A DNA stretch of 64,000 nucleotides from Nitrososphaerota archaeon (GTDB lineage: Archaea; Thermoproteota; Nitrososphaeria_A; Caldarchaeales; Calditenuaceae). Shown here piece after piece: positions 9,160 through 18,858 of this stretch (its first letter is position 1; each line of letters opens with the position of its first letter). The stretch is taken from NCBI GenBank assembly GCA_038845265.1, contig JAWBQR010000001.1, forward strand, positions 104,081 to 168,080. Reading direction: 5' to 3'. The position numbers and the translations under genes are program-made. Below the pieces are notes generated by a model, which was not told the origin of the DNA, did not search any database, and was given only the letters and a program-made list of their open reading frames with translations.

Positions 9160-10389
9160 ATGAAGAATATGGATGCATTAGATGAATTGTTAGGCGATTA
9201 CTTAAATGATGTATTGAAGTGTGTCAGGTGTGGATTCTGTAACAGCGTCTGTCCGACATCCAATACTTCGTTCTCATACAAGGATTCAAAGACGTCACGG
9301 GGCAGAATAGTACTCCTGCAGGCTAAGCACTATAATGTTCTTGGCATGACAATCGGTAGCGAAGAATTTCAAGAGCTCATGGATCTCTGTTTCGGTTGTA
9401 GAAGATGTTTGGAGGTCTGTCCGGCAGGAGTTAGAATTCCCCAAGTAATATGGCGAGCAAAGAGTGCCGGAAGTTTCAAACTCAGTAAAATAATATTCGC
9501 AAACTATGGCTTATTTGAGAAGCTTGGATCTACATTTCCGTCTCTCTCAAACACGTTGATCAAGAGCAAGATGGGTAGGTCGCTTCTCGAGGCTATGGCT
9601 GGGATAAAGCAGGAGGCACCATTTCCAAGCTTTCAGGACGATACACTCGAGAGATACATTAGGGAACGAGGGGTAAAGTCTGGGAGCCGAGGTAGACTTG
9701 CATACTTCATTGATGTCTATACAAATTATCACGAGGTTGAGTTGGGAAAAAAGGCAGTCCAGACGTTAGAGAGGCTTGGATATTCAGTAGAGGCACCAAG
9801 ACAGAGGGAGGCTGGGACACTTGCATTAGAGTGTGGCGCATTAGAGAATGCCATTAAAATTGCTAGATTTAACGTCGATAGTTTTTATGAATCTGTAAAT
9901 CGTGGAGCGAAGATAATAACGACTTCTCCTGCCGCTTATGTTGCTTTAAAAATAGACTATCCTGAACTCCTATGTGATGAAAAATCTAGAGTAGTGGCTG
10001 AGAATACGTTAGACATTGTTGAGCTACTTCTAAATGAGTACGATGCGGGTTCTATTGACTTTACTGATAGAGATAGTGAAGCGGTCTATCATCATAGCTG
10101 CTTCACTAAGGCATCACATTTGACTAACCATGTTAAGAGACTCCTAGAATTAGCCGGTTATAGGTTATTGGAGCTTGATGAATGCTGCGGAGTCGCGGGA
10201 GTATGGGGACTCAGCAAGAAGCACTATAAAGAATCTATAGAGATAGGTTCAAAGCTCTTTTCAAAGATAGATGAAGTCAGGCGGCCCGTCTTTTCTCAAA
10301 GCGAAACATGTAGACTACAGATTAGGCATCATACAAAGTCAGTCGTAATGCATCCATTAGAAGGAGTAATGGACAGGATAAAACTATAA
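9160..10389 (+). CDS. GlcF/GlpC-like iron-sulfur subunit
   Basis: Two 4Fe-4S motifs (CVRCGFCNSVCP, CFGCRRCLEVCP) and a C-terminal CCG domain; follows the GlcD-like gene. Confidence 0.85.
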   Translation: MKNMDALDELLGDYLNDVLKCVRCGFCNSVCPTSNTSFSYKDSKTSRGRIVLLQAKHYNVLGMTIGSEEFQELMDLCFGCRRCLEVCPAGVRIPQVIWRAKSAGSFKLSKIIFANYGLFEKLGSTFPSLSNTLIKSKMGRSLLEAMAGIKQEAPFPSFQDDTLERYIRERGVKSGSRGRLAYFIDVYTNYHEVELGKKAVQTLERLGYSVEAPRQREAGTLALECGALENAIKIARFNVDSFYESVNRGAKIITTSPAAYVALKIDYPELLCDEKSRVVAENTLDIVELLLNEYDAGSIDFTDRDSEAVYHHSCFTKASHLTNHVKRLLELAGYRLLELDECCGVAGVWGLSKKHYKESIEIGSKLFSKIDEVRRPVFSQSETCRLQIRHHTKSVVMHPLEGVMDRIKL

Positions 10390-10449
10390 CGAATAAATGC
10401 GAGAAAATTTAATACGGGCAGGTGAAAGTTATTGCTCGGTTATTAGAGT

Positions 10450-10521
10450 AGCCCGGGAGGGGATTCGAACCCCTGTAAAGCGGCTCTGCAGGCCGCCGCC
10501 TAGCCGCTCGGCCACCCGGGC
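10450..10521 (-). tRNA. tRNA-Cys(GCA)
   Basis: GCCCGGG acceptor stem, anticodon arm GCGGC-CTGCAGA-GCCGC, GGTTCGAATCC T-arm. Confidence 0.95.
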
Positions 10522-10575
10522 CAGAAATTCTATGCAAAAACACTAATAAAAAGTTTAACGAATATAATATCTGCC

Positions 10576-10676
10576 GCGGGGGTAGCCAAGTCTGGCCAAA
10601 GGCGACGGGCTTAAGATCTCGTTGATAAGGCACCCGTTCCCGTAGGGGTTCGTGGGTTCGAATCCCACCCCCCGCA
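10576..10676 (+). tRNA. tRNA-Leu(TAA) with a 16-nt intron at 37/38 (10616-10631)
   Basis: Anticodon stem ACGGG/CCCGT, long variable arm, bulge-helix-bulge CTTA-AGA...TAAG-GCA. Confidence 0.93.
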
Positions 10677-10824
10677 CTGATTTTCTGAATCACCATGTAA
10701 AATTTCATGAAGTGTCTTTATAAACTCATAATCCTAAATCATTTTGAGAATATGCTCAAAATCCAGTATCGAGTGATGGTTTTTAGTGGTTGATGAATTC
10801 TACATTACTTATTCTTGATGAATA

Positions 10825-11385
10825 ATGAAAAGTTTAATTGAGGATCAATCAGAAATTTTGTGTGTGGAATCATTAAGCGAGAATTTGAGACGAAAAATTA
10901 ATGATTTCCTAAGTCGTCCACTTATTGCCAAGATCGCTACCATAAATGCCGATGGATCACCGCATGTTGTACCTGTCATATATAGTTGGGATGGCATGAA
11001 CCTATACCTGATTGGTAGAAAACGTGCATCTTGGATTGAAAACATCAGAAGGGATCCTAGAGTTGCTGTATTAGTAGACGACCCCAATCCACCAAATTCA
11101 AGAGTACTCATCCAAGGTGAAGCGATGATAGTAGGAACCGACTGGGTTGAGATGGGGAAGAAAATGCTAGAAAAATATATGGGAAAAGAAATGAGCCAAA
11201 AGTATCTTGAAGGAACTATTGATCAACCAAGATGGATAATCAAGATTGTCCCTAAGAAAATTACTAGCTGGATTATTTCAGAAAAAGACGCTGTTACTAG
11301 GAAAGCATGGCATCCCAGATACTACGAGCCCGGCACAAAATGGTATGAAGAATACATCAAAGAAGTTGGCTCATTTAAGTCATAA
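10825..11385 (+). CDS. Pyridoxamine 5'-phosphate oxidase-like (PPOX) flavin/F420-binding protein
   Basis: IATINADGSPHVVP, ENIRRDPRVAVLVD. Confidence 0.85.
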   Translation: MKSLIEDQSEILCVESLSENLRRKINDFLSRPLIAKIATINADGSPHVVPVIYSWDGMNLYLIGRKRASWIENIRRDPRVAVLVDDPNPPNSRVLIQGEAMIVGTDWVEMGKKMLEKYMGKEMSQKYLEGTIDQPRWIIKIVPKKITSWIISEKDAVTRKAWHPRYYEPGTKWYEEYIKEVGSFKS

Positions 11386-11425
11386 AATATCCAACCAGAC
11401 TCATAGCTTCAAAATATTTATGGGC

Positions 11426-12250
11426 TTATGATTTCACTGCGCCCATGGTTAATCCCTTGATTAGGTATCGTTGTACAAAGGTTATGAATATGAATGCAGG
11501 TATCATCGAGATTGTCGTTATTGCAGCCATTATGGGCCAGTCTAGTTTATGTGTACCTGAAAGTGCAGTTATTAGTACTGGGACTGTTCTTGCGTCCCTC
11601 GATGTCAGTATGAAGGCCATGAGGAATTCATTCCAAGCCAAGACAAATGTCAATATGCTCGCCGACGCTATCATTGGTACAGAATTCGGTAAAATTATCC
11701 TGAAGAGAGCAGTTGTTTTCGTCGCACCATCAATAAGTGCTGATTCTTCGAGCTCTTTTGGAAGCTCCTCAAAAGTGATCTTGAGAAGCCAGGTAGTAAA
11801 TGGAATTGCAAAGACTAAGTATGTGATGGCTACCGCCCAGATCGTATCAATAAGTTTTAGATAATACATAATTATGAAGTATGGTACGATCACAGCGAAT
11901 GCCGGAGCCATCCTGACGGATATTATCCAGAAGCCGAGGTTTTTTCCAACAGGATTATTCAGTCTTGATAATGAATATGCAGCAGGAATTGCTAAGATTA
12001 ATGAGACAGAGACAGTTATTGCAGATATTACTAAACTGTTCATGAATGCCCCCATGAGTTGGCCACCAAAGAATAGTCTTCTATAGTTGTCGAGAGTTGG
12101 CTCAAAGATTAATGGAGGAGGAATTAAGAATATCTGGTACATCGTCTTAAACGACGCAATCACTAGCCAAGCAATCGGGAACACGACCAATAAACAAGCC
12201 ATTATTGCCAATGCATATAATATTGCAAGTTTTAGGTTGTTTTGATGCAT
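11426..12250 (-). CDS. Carbohydrate ABC transporter permease (MalG-like)
   Basis: EAA loop ELEESALIDGA, C-terminal GLTMGAVK. Confidence 0.92.
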   Translation of the reverse strand: MHQNNLKLAILYALAIMACLLVVFPIAWLVIASFKTMYQIFLIPPPLIFEPTLDNYRRLFFGGQLMGAFMNSLVISAITVSVSLILAIPAAYSLSRLNNPVGKNLGFWIISVRMAPAFAVIVPYFIIMYYLKLIDTIWAVAITYLVFAIPFTTWLLKITFEELPKELEESALIDGATKTTALFRIILPNSVPMIASASILTFVLAWNEFLMAFILTSRDARTVPVLITALSGTHKLDWPIMAAITTISMIPAFIFITFVQRYLIKGLTMGAVKS

Positions 12251-12257
12251 CCCTGGA

Positions 12258-13106
12258 TCACCTGCTGATTGACCTTATCAAGGGCATACTCAGGAACATC
12301 ACTATTAATAGCAACAGTACACCGATCGCAGATGCTGTACCTACGTCAAAGTAGTAGAAGCCGATCTTCCAGCCGAGCATTGGCAGAGTATGTGTCGCCA
12401 TTCCCGGGCCTCCCTTTGTCATCACGAATATCACGTCAAAACTATTAAACGCATCTATTGTCCTCAGAATCGCCGCCACGGTTATCGGCTTCTTCATGTT
12501 TGGTAAAGTTATCGACTTGAAGATCTGCCAACTCCCTGCACCGTCTATCTTGGCAGACTCATAATAGACTGGAGGTATTCCTGCAAGACCTGCAATAAAT
12601 ATGAGGAATGGTAGCGGTGTTTTTCCCCATATATCTGCGAGGATTACTGAGACTAATGCAAGAGTGGGATCTCCGAGTAGGCTCAAGTCTCCGAGCCCGA
12701 TCAGCCTCATAAAGTATGCCCCTATCACACCAACCTCACTGCTGAGCAAGAATTTCCAAGTGAAGCCAACAACAACTGGCGGTAAAACTATAGGCAAGAC
12801 GATTATCGTCCTCATAATTCTTTTTCCTTTCAAATTCTCACTAAATAACAATGCTAGTCCTAGCCCTAAGAGGAGTGAAAAGACTACTGAGGCAGCACTG
12901 AATACCAGCGTCACGAATAAGGAAGTAACAAAGTCAGAGGATTGTAAGAGCTTGATGTAATTCTCAAGCCCCGCAAAGGATGGTCCGGTCGGGTCTCTAA
13001 GAAACCATCTGAGAAAACTTGTGTAAAATAGGTAAAACGTAGGTGCAGCAACTAGAAATGCCAGTACACTTACAGCAGGTAACAATAATTTGTATTCATC
13101 TCGCAA
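12258..13106 (-). CDS. Carbohydrate ABC transporter permease (MalF-like)
   Basis: GLENY, YESAKIDGA, MTKGGP. Confidence 0.92.
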   Translation of the reverse strand: MRDEYKLLLPAVSVLAFLVAAPTFYLFYTSFLRWFLRDPTGPSFAGLENYIKLLQSSDFVTSLFVTLVFSAASVVFSLLLGLGLALLFSENLKGKRIMRTIIVLPIVLPPVVVGFTWKFLLSSEVGVIGAYFMRLIGLGDLSLLGDPTLALVSVILADIWGKTPLPFLIFIAGLAGIPPVYYESAKIDGAGSWQIFKSITLPNMKKPITVAAILRTIDAFNSFDVIFVMTKGGPGMATHTLPMLGWKIGFYYFDVGTASAIGVLLLLIVMFLSMPLIRSISR

Positions 13107-13164
13107 TTTATCTCTACACCATCTAAAAAATAATAAATAATTAATTAATGTATTTTTGTGATTT

Positions 13165-14724
13165 TTATTTGTAGTATCCTCTGCTTGTCATTAGGTCTGT
13201 GGCCCATTTTTGAAGCTCTGACAATGCTACTTCCACAGTCTTGGCTCCAGCGACTACTTCAGAAGCCGTTGTGCCTATCTTGTCCATGAATAGGTCGAGC
13301 TCAGGGATGTATGGGAAGTATATTGCAGGATTCTCCAGCACTGACCGCTCGTTGAGTTCTATCTCTTCAATCCCATACTTCTTTATCAGTGGATATGAAT
13401 ACAAGACAGACCTCATAGTTACGTTGGGCCATCCTGTCCTCTCTGCAAATGCCTCCATCGATTTACGACCAGTCAAGTAGGTAAGCACTCTCCATGCGGC
13501 TTCTTTATTCTTTGAGAACTTGTTAATCCCTAGAGAGAACGTCCAATAACTGTTTATCCTCTTTTTACCCGGACCGAATGGAGTTAACATGAACTTTGTA
13601 TACTTCTTTACATTTTCATCCTCTGTTATGCCAAGTGCGGCATAGCCATTAATGGCTGAAGGCATTAGGATTGCTGCCTTACCCACTGCATATGTATTCA
13701 TCATATCGACCCATGTATGAGTCGATGCACCTGGTGGACAGAACCTCTTCGCCCAGTCTGTGAATGCTCTAAACCCAGCCTCAAAGTCTGATGAGTCGAA
13801 GATTGGCTTGGCCTTCTTGTTCTTTATTTCTCCCGGCCAGATCGCGCCTCCTTCAAACCAAGCGGGATATCCTGCATATGCATATATGAAGCCTGCCAAG
13901 TCTAGGGTAGGCTCCTCCCCTGGGCCCGCTCTCATTGTCAGTGGATACACATCCGTTATCCCATCCTTTCTCAATCCTTCGAGGATTTTCTCCATGGCTA
14001 TCTCGAGGTCATCCGTAGTCCAGTTCTCCTTGGGGAGATCTGCTCCATACTTCTCGAATAAGTCACGTCTATAGATTACTCCTGGTCCGAAAGAGTAGTA
14101 AGGCAACGCGTATAGTGTCCCCTCTATTCTATTGGCGTCCAGGAATGATGGATATACATCGTTAGGGTCAAAGTAATCCTGTGGATATTTGTTAAAGTAT
14201 TCATCTAATGGATCTAGGTATCCTGCATATCCGTATGCCTGCACTGCACCGTCGCTTCCCACTAGAATAATATCGTATTTACCTACCTGAGCCATGACAT
14301 CCGCTGCCACCTTCTCCCTTACGGCCCATTCATCACCCCATTCAATAGTAACATCAACATTCTCAGCATTCTCGAATCTCTTCAATACATCCGTCTCAGT
14401 AGTTCCGTCTGAGCCGAAAAGCTCCGGCCAGGCGAATCCTTGAGCAAAGGCTATGACGTTTATCTTGACCTTCTCTCTGGGCGGAGCTGTTACATACTGA
14501 GTTATCGTTCTCTCAACTGTTGCAGCTGCCTGAGTCACAGTAGTCGTCACTGTCCTGCCTGGCTCTCCGACTGTCTGAGTTACTGTTCTGACTGCCGCCT
14601 CTGGCTTTGCGACCCACCCTATCGCTGTACCTACTGCTAATCCACCTATGAGTCCGCCGATTGTCCCAAGCATAGCCCTACGTGATAACCTCTTCTCAAT
14701 TTCTGACATGGCGTAATTACGCAT
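13165..14724 (-). CDS. Carbohydrate ABC transporter substrate-binding protein
   Basis: Tat-like SRRAMLG signal, Thr-rich linker, LYALPY, YRRDLF, SKNKEAAW. Confidence 0.9.
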   Translation of the reverse strand: MRNYAMSEIEKRLSRRAMLGTIGGLIGGLAVGTAIGWVAKPEAAVRTVTQTVGEPGRTVTTTVTQAAATVERTITQYVTAPPREKVKINVIAFAQGFAWPELFGSDGTTETDVLKRFENAENVDVTIEWGDEWAVREKVAADVMAQVGKYDIILVGSDGAVQAYGYAGYLDPLDEYFNKYPQDYFDPNDVYPSFLDANRIEGTLYALPYYSFGPGVIYRRDLFEKYGADLPKENWTTDDLEIAMEKILEGLRKDGITDVYPLTMRAGPGEEPTLDLAGFIYAYAGYPAWFEGGAIWPGEIKNKKAKPIFDSSDFEAGFRAFTDWAKRFCPPGASTHTWVDMMNTYAVGKAAILMPSAINGYAALGITEDENVKKYTKFMLTPFGPGKKRINSYWTFSLGINKFSKNKEAAWRVLTYLTGRKSMEAFAERTGWPNVTMRSVLYSYPLIKKYGIEEIELNERSVLENPAIYFPYIPELDLFMDKIGTTASEVVAGAKTVEVALSELQKWATDLMTSRGYYK

Positions 14725-14773
14725 GAATTTTCTTCTATAAAAACTTTTATAATAATAATCTGATTACTCAGAT

Positions 14774-15775
14774 GTGGTTGATTTGATTAGGTTTGGCGTT
14801 ATTGGTCTAGGCGATTTTGGGGAGAGACATGTTCAAGCACTGAAGAGTATCGCTGGGGTTGAGGTTGTGGCCGTTTGTTCACGTACCCGGAGCCGTGCAG
14901 AAGAGGTAGCGAGGAGATATGGCGTGAAGAAGTGGTATACGGATAGGGAGAAGCTCGTGAGGGATGATGAGGTGGATGCAGTCACGATTGCGACTGCTGA
15001 CGATGATCATGTCGAGCCGACAATTCTCGCAGCTGAGGCCGGTAAGCCGGCTCTCCTTGAGAAGCCTATGGCGACAACTCTTGAAGACGCTGACAAGATA
15101 ATCAGCGCAGTTAAGAAGAGCAAAATAATCTTCATGGTTGGACACATATTGAGATTTGATAAGCGCTATAGAACTGTCTGGAAGATGGTTAGGGAGGGAC
15201 GGCTTGGAAGGATCGGCTCGATGTATGCCCGCAGAATAGGGAGGCAGAAGGCTGCAGGCATCTTTCTTAACAGGGTCTCGGCTCCAGTCCAGACAGGAGT
15301 ACATGATATCGATATTATTAGATGGATAACAGGAAGAGAGGTGGTTCAGGTCTCAGGCTTCGCTGCCAGAAGAATGAATTATAAGTATCCTGACATATTC
15401 TGGACCGTCATGAGGTTTGACGACGGAACTCTAGGAATCGTTGAGAATGGATTTATGCTTAGTGACAATTATCCACACTTCATTGATTCTCAGCTAGAAG
15501 TCATTGCTGAAAAAGGGACCATACATATATTGACTCCTGGCGAGTACTTTTCGATTTACAGTACTGAGGGTGTCGACAAGCCTGACGTGACTTACTGGCC
15601 GAAGATGAATGGGCATGCCGAGGGGGCGCTTAAAGACGAGCTAGAATACTTTGCTAGATGTGTAAGAGAAGGACGACAACCAGAGGTTATTCCAATCGAA
15701 GACGCGAGAAGAGCACTGGAGATCGCGATCATGGCCATGAAATCCGCTGAGCAGGGGGCTACATTGTCCATATAG
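14774..15775 (+). CDS. Gfo/Idh/MocA family oxidoreductase
   Basis: GVIGLG, EKP motif, HDID. Confidence 0.92.
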   Translation: MVDLIRFGVIGLGDFGERHVQALKSIAGVEVVAVCSRTRSRAEEVARRYGVKKWYTDREKLVRDDEVDAVTIATADDDHVEPTILAAEAGKPALLEKPMATTLEDADKIISAVKKSKIIFMVGHILRFDKRYRTVWKMVREGRLGRIGSMYARRIGRQKAAGIFLNRVSAPVQTGVHDIDIIRWITGREVVQVSGFAARRMNYKYPDIFWTVMRFDDGTLGIVENGFMLSDNYPHFIDSQLEVIAEKGTIHILTPGEYFSIYSTEGVDKPDVTYWPKMNGHAEGALKDELEYFARCVREGRQPEVIPIEDARRALEIAIMAMKSAEQGATLSI

Positions 15776-15921
15776 ATTGCAATTGATTCTTTGATGCAGA
15801 AAGGCAATCTATTCTATCTCCCAAGATGCACAAATATGTTGCATAAGTATGTGAATCAGACCTTTATTTTTTATGTGGTAAGGAGTGAGAGTATCCAGAA
15901 TTAAAAAAGATTGTTAGAATC

Positions 15922-17235
15922 TTACCTCGAGATTTCTTCTAGTGTTTTACCTTTAGTCTCTTCTCCTATTATCGCAGTAATTATACCGGCCAATAGATGG
16001 GCCAGGGCAAATACCACGAATGCTAAGAGGAGTGCCCCACCACTAACTTCGAAGAGGTACCCAGTGATAGAGGGCGCGAGGATGCCTGCAAGTCTGCCTA
16101 TACTTGCTGCAGTTCCTGAACCTGTACCCCTGAGTTTTGTGGGATAGAGCTCTGGAGTATATGTGTATAGTCCGGCCCATGCGCCTAGGTTGAAGAAAGA
16201 TATCAGGGCACTATACAGTAGTATTAGCTCTAGTTGATTTGTAGAGGCTAGCAATAGGCATCCAAGTCCAGCAACTACTAAATACGATACGAGAACGCCC
16301 TTTCTACCTACCTTATCTAGAATCAGAGCAGCACTATAATACCCAGGAACTTGAACGAAAGTTATTATCAATACCCACTCCAGGCTCTTAACTACTTCGT
16401 ATCTGAAGAGACGCGCATAGATGTCTGGAAGCCATGTAAAGATTCCATGATAAGTGTATACTAAAACTGCCCAGAGTATCCAGAGCATGATCGTCCTCTT
16501 AAGATACATGTCGGAGAAAAGTGTAGTTATTGGTACTTTTTCTTCTTTCGCCACATCAATACTGATTCTCTCAACATCTTTAACTAAATTATATTTTACA
16601 AGTATGTTCTTGATATCGTTCAGCTTCTCTTTCTTCTCCAGGAATCTAAGAGATTCAGGAGCATAGTATGCGATTGCAGGTATCAATAGCAGGGGGATGT
16701 AGGATATTGTGAAGACGGCTCTCCACCCTATCTGAGGCATGATTATTCGAGCCAATATTATGCCTAGGAGCACGCCCCAAACCCACGCAGTCTCGACTAT
16801 TCCTACAAATCTTCCACGATACTTTGCAGGAGGATACTCCGACATGTATACTCCAGGGAGTGGAAGAGTTCCTCCCAATCCTATTCCTGCAAGTATTCTG
16901 AAGATTGACATGGACCAGAAATCCCATGTAACTCCGCACAGACCTGTAAAGACCGAGCCGACCAAGATCATGACGATCATGGTATATTTTCTGCCTATCC
17001 TATCAGCTATCAATCCGCTAAATATTGCTCCGAGGAACATCCCAACATATCCGAAGCTTAGCAGGTATCCAGCCTCTGTCAAGCTTAGCCCCCATTCGGC
17101 TCTAATCGCCGGTAGGAGAAGACCTATCAACATTACATTCATGGCAGTCAATCCATATGCCAGCGAGGCTATAGTTAGGAGGACGTAATGAAATCTACTC
17201 AACTTAAGGTCTTCAAGAATCTTTACTACGCTCAC
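15922..17235 (-). CDS. MFS transporter (aromatic acid/sugar-like)
   Basis: About 12 TM segments, ADRIGRK, PES, ELYPTKLRGTG. Confidence 0.92.
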   Translation of the reverse strand: MSVVKILEDLKLSRFHYVLLTIASLAYGLTAMNVMLIGLLLPAIRAEWGLSLTEAGYLLSFGYVGMFLGAIFSGLIADRIGRKYTMIVMILVGSVFTGLCGVTWDFWSMSIFRILAGIGLGGTLPLPGVYMSEYPPAKYRGRFVGIVETAWVWGVLLGIILARIIMPQIGWRAVFTISYIPLLLIPAIAYYAPESLRFLEKKEKLNDIKNILVKYNLVKDVERISIDVAKEEKVPITTLFSDMYLKRTIMLWILWAVLVYTYHGIFTWLPDIYARLFRYEVVKSLEWVLIITFVQVPGYYSAALILDKVGRKGVLVSYLVVAGLGCLLLASTNQLELILLYSALISFFNLGAWAGLYTYTPELYPTKLRGTGSGTAASIGRLAGILAPSITGYLFEVSGGALLLAFVVFALAHLLAGIITAIIGEETKGKTLEEISR

Positions 17236-17421
17236 TTCTACACATCCCTCTTCTACTTCAAGACGGAAGATACGTAGTCAGGATTTATTATACATGGATT
17301 TATTGGCAATAATTGACAGAAGTTTCTATTGATTGGTAATAGATTGCCACATTTTATCTATTTAATGATTTTTCAGTTAGCTATGTTTATAGCCTCAATG
17401 TCTAGGCATTATTCATAAGGG

Positions 17422-18444
17422 ATGAGACTGGTCTTTAGAGTAGCTTCTGGTACTGGGCCGGCGACAAAGGAGGTCTATAAACTACTCAATGACCTGAAGC
17501 TCGATTCACCGGTCGTAACTACTCTAGTCGGATACAGCATCGAAGATTCAGACATCGTAATCGTGGTTGGAGATGATAAGACAATCCTTAGGTCAATATT
17601 TGAGTTGGGGAATAGGGGGGTTCCAGTGCTTGGTGTCAGTGAGGACCCTACGAGGGGCTTCTTATCTCAATGTACCATAAATGAGCTGAGATATGCAATC
17701 AATAATATTCAGAAGGGAATGTATTCCGTTGAGGAAAATACTAGACTCGAAGTCAGGGTTGATGATGACAAGGTGGTTCCAGCAGTTAATGAGGCAGCTA
17801 TATTCCCCCACATTAGCGCTACCTTGATGGAGTATACATTATCGATTAATGATGAGATGATTTGGCGAGATTATGCAGATGGAGTAATAATAGCTACACC
17901 GCTAGGGTCCAGTGCATATTCGCTCTCAGCTGGAGGCTCATTAATTCATCATGACGCACCAGTATTTGAGATAGTGCCCGTCAACTCTATAGACATTACT
18001 AGGAGACCATTAATCGTTCCTAATAATTCCGTCATCACGATCGATGGTGTATCTTCAAGGCACGGAGTCGAAGTCGTAATTGACGGCCTCGCGAGACTAC
18101 CAGTCAAGGAGAGAATAGCGATTACTAAGAATGAGGTGCCTTGCAGATTTATACATGTGGACGGGCCATCGTCTATCTTGAGCAAGATCGAGAAGAAGAT
18201 TCATTTGGCTGAGGAGCTCCTCCGAATACCACCATCAGCTAAGCTAATCATTAAGATATTAGAATATGAGGGGCCCCTAACCTATAGAGACCTCGTTAAG
18301 AGAACAATGTTGCCTGAGAGAACTATACGTCACGCATTGAATGTATTAGTCTCGCGCAGGCTCGTTGCTAAGAAGCCATTGCTCAGAGATGCGAGACAGA
18401 AGTTATACTATTTACCAACTCATCTCTCTAGCTTTAATCGATGA
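17422..18444 (+). CDS. NAD kinase-family protein with C-terminal winged HTH
   Basis: NE motif, DGVIIATPLGSSAYSLSAGG; C-terminal PPSAKLIIKILEYEG...ERTIRHAL wHTH. Confidence 0.85.
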   Translation: MRLVFRVASGTGPATKEVYKLLNDLKLDSPVVTTLVGYSIEDSDIVIVVGDDKTILRSIFELGNRGVPVLGVSEDPTRGFLSQCTINELRYAINNIQKGMYSVEENTRLEVRVDDDKVVPAVNEAAIFPHISATLMEYTLSINDEMIWRDYADGVIIATPLGSSAYSLSAGGSLIHHDAPVFEIVPVNSIDITRRPLIVPNNSVITIDGVSSRHGVEVVIDGLARLPVKERIAITKNEVPCRFIHVDGPSSILSKIEKKIHLAEELLRIPPSAKLIIKILEYEGPLTYRDLVKRTMLPERTIRHALNVLVSRRLVAKKPLLRDARQKLYYLPTHLSSFNR

Positions 18445-18498
18445 AATGGTCTCTTGAGAAGCAAGATATATTTAATCCCCGATGACTAATTATTCTTG

Positions 18499-18559
18499 GT
18501 GATGATACCGACCTGCACTGAGAGCCATCGGCTCTTTGAAGAGCATGTCTCCTCGCTGA
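18499..18559 (+). ncRNA. C/D box small RNA
   Basis: Box C GTGATGA (18499), 12-nt guide, D' CTGA (18518), hairpin GAGCC-ATC-GGCTC, C' TTGAAGA (18536), 13-nt guide, D CTGA (18556). TATA-like ATATTTAA about 25 nt upstream. Confidence 0.8.
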
Positions 18560-18579
18560 ATAGTGGTCGGTGAGCCTGA

Positions 18580-18858
18580 ATGATCTTCGAATTTTTTGGC
18601 CCAGCCAGGTCATATGCTGGACTAAAGTCACTTACTGTTAAGATTAATGAGCCACTCTTTCTTAGAGAGGCTTTGAAGCTTCTTCCAGAGCCCATCAGAG
18701 GATTAATTATAGATGAGGAGGGAAATGTCAGGTCCGGGATGTTGATTCTTGTAAATGACGTGGATGCTCGTAGTGTCTATGGATTTAACATACAGGTAAG
18801 GGATGAGGACAAAGTCACCATTATACCTTTGATTCATGGAGGAGTTTTGTCTTGTTAG
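18580..18858 (+). CDS. Urm1/SAMP/MoaD-family ubiquitin-like protein
   Basis: LILVNDVD core and Urm1-like IPLIHGG, followed by VLSC. Confidence 0.85.
   Translation: MIFEFFGPARSYAGLKSLTVKINEPLFLREALKLLPEPIRGLIIDEEGNVRSGMLILVNDVDARSVYGFNIQVRDEDKVTIIPLIHGGVLSC

Noticed and set aside
10409-10708. 99-aa ORF on the minus strand
   Set aside because: Overlaps two tRNA genes; spurious. The same applies to the many short antisense ORFs inside conserved genes.
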